Source of the DNA: Minisyncoccia bacterium
GTDB taxonomy: Bacteria; Patescibacteriota; Minisyncoccia; Phycocordibacterales; UBA918
DNA length: 40,959 nt
NCBI GenBank assembly: GCA_041752975.1
Contig: JBGSVK010000026.1
Coordinates: 1 to 40,959, forward strand
Direction of reading: 5' to 3'
Shown here: piece after piece, positions 37,113 to 40,959 of the stretch
Layout: each line of letters begins with the position of its first letter
Position numbering within the stretch: the first letter of the stretch is position 1
Made by a program: the position numbers and the translations under genes
Notes under the pieces: generated by a model
The model's database searches: none
Told to the model about the DNA's origin: nothing
Seen by the model: the letters and a program-made list of their open reading frames with translations, nothing else

Positions 37113-38498
37113 ATGAATCCTATCTCACACCCTTCTTCTACCAACAGCATCGTTCGCACCGAACATATTGATGTTAAAAAGCTTTGGGATGACGCCTTAG
37201 TCAAAATCGAACTTTCTATCACTCCAGCCAATTTTAAAACTTGGTTTAGAGATACCTACATCTTATCTTTAGAAGATGGAACCGCTACTTTGGCAGTACC
37301 TAGTGTCTTTGTCAGAGACTGGCTACAGGATAAATTTCAATCAATGATTCTCAAGACTCTCCGAGATATTTCTCCATACGTAAGAAGTGTTGAATATGAA
37401 GTTGTTCAAAGAAGTGACCGTCGAAATGAAGGTAGTAAGACCCAAACAGTAAACGCCGCCCTTCCTCTAGAGGAATATTACATAAATAAAAGCGACAATC
37501 TAAACCCTAAGTACTCTTTTGATACTTTTGTTATTGGACCATATAACGCACTTGCGCACGCAGCCGCCAAAACAGTAAGTGAGAAGCCTGGTATTTCATA
37601 TAACCCACTTTTTATTTACGGTAAAACTGGCCACGGAAAAACTCATTTGATTCAAGCGGTTGGTAATCAAATCAAGAAATCTGGAAAGAAAGTTTTCTAC
37701 GTAACAAGTGAAAGATTTGCCGTCGATTACTTTAACTCTCTACAAAGTGGTACTGCAAATAGTTTTAAAGATAAATATCGTCAATACGACGTTATTATAA
37801 TGGATGACGTTCAATTCTTAGCTAGTAAGGAAAAAACTCAGGAAGAGCTATTTCACTTATTCAACGCCTTACACGACACAAATAAACAAATCGTCTTCTC
37901 TAGTGATGTTCACCCAGCGCTACTTTCTGGACTAGAAGAGCGACTCCAGTCACGATTTATTCAAGGAATGATAGTTGATATTCCCGCCCCCGATCTTGAA
38001 TCTAGAGCGGCAATACTAAAAGCTAAAGCTGCTCAAAACAGCATAACTCTGGCTGACGATGTAGTTGAACACCTGGCCCAAACAATTGAAGGGAACATCC
38101 GTGAACTTGAAGGGGCCCTTAATACTATTATGTGCCAATCACAATTACTTGGCCGAACTCTTACTTTAGATGAGGTTAAGTCGATTATAAAAAATAGTTC
38201 TAGACCAAGAAAAACTCTTGCAGTTTCAGATGTTGTTGATAAAGTGGCACGATATTTTGATATAGATCAATCAAGTATCTATGAAAAAACTCGTCGAAAA
38301 GAGATTGTAAAACCTAGACAGATTATAATGTATATCCTACGAGAAGACTTTCAAGTATCTTATCCAGCTATTGGTAAAAAATTAGGAGGAAGAGACCATA
38401 CGACAGTTATTCACTCTTGTGAGAAAATCAAGAATGAACTTAAATCTAACTCAGAGCTGGAAGAAGAAATCACCCAAATCAGAATGCTTCTCAAATAA
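37113..38498 (+). CDS. dnaA: Chromosomal replication initiator
   Basis: YNPLFIYGKTGHGKTHL, DDVQF, NIRELEGAL, GGRDHTTVIH; likely ATG 37113. Confidence 0.98.
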   Translation: MNPISHPSSTNSIVRTEHIDVKKLWDDALVKIELSITPANFKTWFRDTYILSLEDGTATLAVPSVFVRDWLQDKFQSMILKTLRDISPYVRSVEYEVVQRSDRRNEGSKTQTVNAALPLEEYYINKSDNLNPKYSFDTFVIGPYNALAHAAAKTVSEKPGISYNPLFIYGKTGHGKTHLIQAVGNQIKKSGKKVFYVTSERFAVDYFNSLQSGTANSFKDKYRQYDVIIMDDVQFLASKEKTQEELFHLFNALHDTNKQIVFSSDVHPALLSGLEERLQSRFIQGMIVDIPAPDLESRAAILKAKAAQNSITLADDVVEHLAQTIEGNIRELEGALNTIMCQSQLLGRTLTLDEVKSIIKNSSRPRKTLAVSDVVDKVARYFDIDQSSIYEKTRRKEIVKPRQIIMYILREDFQVSYPAIGKKLGGRDHTTVIHSCEKIKNELKSNSELEEEITQIRMLLK

Positions 38499-38535
38499 AC
38501 TAAAAGACTACCATCTGGTAGTCTTTTAGTTTATT
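38494..38535. terminator. dnaA terminator, 20-bp inverted repeat
   Basis: AATAAACTAAAAGACTACCA-TC-TGGTAGTCTTTTAGTTTATT. Confidence 0.8.
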
Positions 38536-38813
38536 CCAGAAGCAGTTTTGGATAACTATGTTAAGCTATGTACATAACTTTCTGATAATCTTCTTAAAAG
38601 AGACGTTTTGAGGAAAAAATATGTGTTTTAACTAGAGAAAAAATGAATTTTATAAATCAATTTAATATCTTTCCCCAAGCAATTAACACTTACCAACACG
38701 AAATTATAAACTTGGTGTTGAATAAGTATCGTAAAGGAATCAATTAATACAACATATTTTTTAGATATGCACACTTCCACAACCCTAATAGTAGAGAGTA
38801 AAATAGTTTAAAT
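38536..38813. other. Probable oriC unwinding region (dnaA-dnaN intergenic)
   Basis: AT-rich, degenerate DnaA boxes (TTGGATAA, TGTACATAA, ATATGCACA 38765-73, ACTTCCACA 38773-81) followed by ACCC-TAA-TAG-TAG. Confidence 0.7.
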
Positions 38814-39911
38814 ATGGAAATAATAGTCCCTCATACACAGCTTGTTAAAGCACTTGAGTTAATCACAAAAATAAGTACCAAGCATGTTACTCTCCCTGTA
38901 CTACAGTGTGTTTTAATTACAGTCACAAAAGATAAAATAATTTTTAAAGCTACTAATTTAGAATTAAGTATCGAAGTGGTTGTAGAAGGAAGGATTAATG
39001 AAGAGGGGACTATTGCTATTCCAGCCTCTACTTTTTTACAGAGTATTCAATATAGTAATCAGTCAGATATAACTCTTAGAGTAGAGGACGGTGTTTTATT
39101 AATTGAATCAAAACAAACTAATACCTCAATCAAATCAATTTCAGCTGATGAGTTTCCAAATATTCATCATCTTGAGGGGAAGGGTGTTTTATTAACCAGA
39201 TCACTATTTGCTCTGGGTATTAAAACTTCAGCTTTTGCAGCTTCTCAGTCTTCAATTAAGCCAGAATTAGGTAGTGTTTATATACAACAGAAGAAAGAAC
39301 ATTCGTTAACATTTGTTTCTACCGACTCATTTAGATTAATGGAAAAAACTGTTCCTCAAAAAGGTGTTGTGTTAGAACATTCTTTTTTAGTTCCTCAAAA
39401 AAATGCAATTGAATTAGCTCGTATTTGTGATTTATTACAAAGTGACCCTCTTCTGGTTGTTACTGAAAATCAGTGTGCTCTAGATTTTGCTAATGAGGGA
39501 GTATATTTAACTTCAAGATTAGTCTCAGGTTCTTTCCCTGATTATGAACAGATTATTCCAAAGGAATATGTAACAAAAGCAACCTTGCTAAAAAACGACT
39601 TACAGAACGCTTTTAAAAAGACTTCTGTATTCTTGAATAAATTTATGCAGGTTTCTTTAACAATTACCGATAAAGCTGTTACTATTTCTTCTCAAAACAA
39701 TGAAGTTGGTCATATTACCGATACTGTAAACGCAGTAGTTGGCGGTGATGAATTAACTCTTAATTTTAATCAACAGTATGTAATTGAACCACTTTCACAT
39801 ATTACCGATGAAAGTATTGTTTTAAATTTTGCAGGAATTGGCAGACCGTTAGTTGTTACTGGAGTTTCAGATACTACTTTGCGTTATTTGGTGATGCCAA
39901 TGAATAGATAA
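38814..39911 (+). CDS. dnaN: DNA polymerase III beta clamp
   Basis: ATNLE, STDSFRL, GSFPDYEQIIP, YLVMPM. Confidence 0.97.
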   Translation: MEIIVPHTQLVKALELITKISTKHVTLPVLQCVLITVTKDKIIFKATNLELSIEVVVEGRINEEGTIAIPASTFLQSIQYSNQSDITLRVEDGVLLIESKQTNTSIKSISADEFPNIHHLEGKGVLLTRSLFALGIKTSAFAASQSSIKPELGSVYIQQKKEHSLTFVSTDSFRLMEKTVPQKGVVLEHSFLVPQKNAIELARICDLLQSDPLLVVTENQCALDFANEGVYLTSRLVSGSFPDYEQIIPKEYVTKATLLKNDLQNAFKKTSVFLNKFMQVSLTITDKAVTISSQNNEVGHITDTVNAVVGGDELTLNFNQQYVIEPLSHITDESIVLNFAGIGRPLVVTGVSDTTLRYLVMPMNR

Positions 39912-39912
39912 T

Positions 39913-40203
39913 ATGCTTAAAAGAAGAGGTGAGATTACAGCCGTTAAGGATCTTTTTGAAAAATATCGTAAAACCCTACAAGCTCCTCAGAAGACGGTTG
40001 AACTTGAAGCGATTAGGGTTATTGGGGAAATAACCAATCTTAAACTTAAGGAAGAACAAGTTAGCTACACTGTGAGTACACGTGTTCTTTCGGTTAATGC
40101 TCCTAGTTTAATAAAACAAGAGTTGAAGATAAAACACAATAGTATTATTGATGAGTTAAAAAAACGTTTAGGAGTAAAAAATTCACCCCAAACAATTTTA
40201 TAA
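39913..40203 (+). CDS. DciA/DUF721-like helicase-loader candidate
   Basis: VLSVNAPSLIKQELKIKHNSIIDELKKRLG resembles DciA KH-like core; 1 nt after dnaN stop. Confidence 0.55.
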   Translation: MLKRRGEITAVKDLFEKYRKTLQAPQKTVELEAIRVIGEITNLKLKEEQVSYTVSTRVLSVNAPSLIKQELKIKHNSIIDELKKRLGVKNSPQTIL

Positions 40204-40213
40204 GTTCTTTTTT

Positions 40214-40959
40214 TTAGTTTTCCTCTCCCTCCTCTTGTTCTGGTAGGTCGTTAGAATCGTCTATAATGCCGTAGGTTTCTTTTTTCCAGGCTTGTACGGC
40301 ATATTCCCAGTTTTCATACTGAGGATCGTTGGCGGGGTTTTGTGGAGTTGGTCCAGAAGGGTTACTTTTATCAACAAAATGAAGTATTGAGTGGATGTTT
40401 TTGTAGATTAAGGAAGCGTCTATTGTTTCGTTGTTTTGGATAAGACTAATAATATCGGTAGTATCAATATATTCACCTCTAATGATTGGTTTAACTCCCA
40501 CTCTGTTTATAGTTGGTTGAGTAAAGCTTTCTTCTGGCAGTTTAGCTAATGCTATATCCATGAATTCTCTCCACATCGGGGTAACAATTAAACCTGAAAG
40601 ACCCCCACCCATAGGACTATTGTTATTGTTACCTACCCAAGTACCCACACTTATATTTGGAGAATAACCCATTAGCCAAGCATCTCTTAAATTATTTGTA
40701 CTTCCAGTTTTTGAAGCGACTGATTTTCCGGGGAAGTTAACTAAAGAGTTTGCACCCCAGAGTGGAGTTCTTGCAACATTGTCTGATAAAACATCGCTAA
40801 TCATCAAGGTAACGTTTTCGTCTAAAACACGTTTAGTTTGGACGGTACTTTCTTCAACAATATTTCCTCGGTTGTCTTCAATCTTAAGAATACTTCTAGG
40901 TTCAGCTTTAATACCTTTGTTGGCAAAAACACCATAGGCATAAGTCATGTCAATTAATT
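40214..40959 (-). CDS. Class A penicillin-binding protein, C-terminal part (5' end outside window)
   Basis: AYGVFANKG, KIED..G, KTGSTN..RDAW..GYSP....WVGN. Confidence 0.9.
   Translation of the reverse strand, partial: LIDMTYAYGVFANKGIKAEPRSILKIEDNRGNIVEESTVQTKRVLDENVTLMISDVLSDNVARTPLWGANSLVNFPGKSVASKTGSTNNLRDAWLMGYSPNISVGTWVGNNNNSPMGGGLSGLIVTPMWREFMDIALAKLPEESFTQPTINRVGVKPIIRGEYIDTTDIISLIQNNETIDASLIYKNIHSILHFVDKSNPSGPTPQNPANDPQYENWEYAVQAWKKETYGIIDDSNDLPEQEEGEEN

Noticed and set aside
1-40959. Alternative genetic code 25, CRISPR arrays, tRNA/rRNA genes, IS elements
   Set aside because: Long genes are intact under code 11 and pcrA ends in TGA; no spaced repeats, cloverleafs or transposase motifs seen by eye (not verified computationally)

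Overview
A 41-kb AT-rich chromosomal window spanning the replication origin of a Patescibacteria (CPR) genome. Gene content and protein style point to Parcubacteria/Paceibacteria (taxonomy is inference); TGA is used as stop, so genetic code 11. Right end: yidC-rnpA-rpmH on the minus strand, then dnaA, oriC, dnaN and a dciA-like gene on the plus strand, converging on a class A PBP. Directly beside this core, between rsmA and yidC, is an 11-gene, about 11.5-kb T4SS/conjugation-like locus (VirB6-like, PrgI, split VirB4, VirB2-like pilin, several secreted or membrane proteins). It has no relaxase or mobility genes in the window and has DnaA-box-like triplets in its promoter. Middle: a Xer recombinase with a His-motif membrane protein, rpsO-NYN-pnp (two structured leaders), dksA-like and comM (both with lost Zn cysteines), LysM/M23 and pcrA-rsmA. 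Left: two tandem cassettes of an orphan gene divergent from a TrmB regulator, small orphan genes, csp, a membrane-anchored degenerate Clp ATPase with a partner, and a tandem M14 peptidase pair in which one copy has lost its catalytic residues. Three genes missed by the ORF track were read by hand (minus 1..393, plus 8535..8693, rpmH). No tRNA, rRNA, CRISPR or IS element was seen. All product calls come from motif recognition, not database searches.
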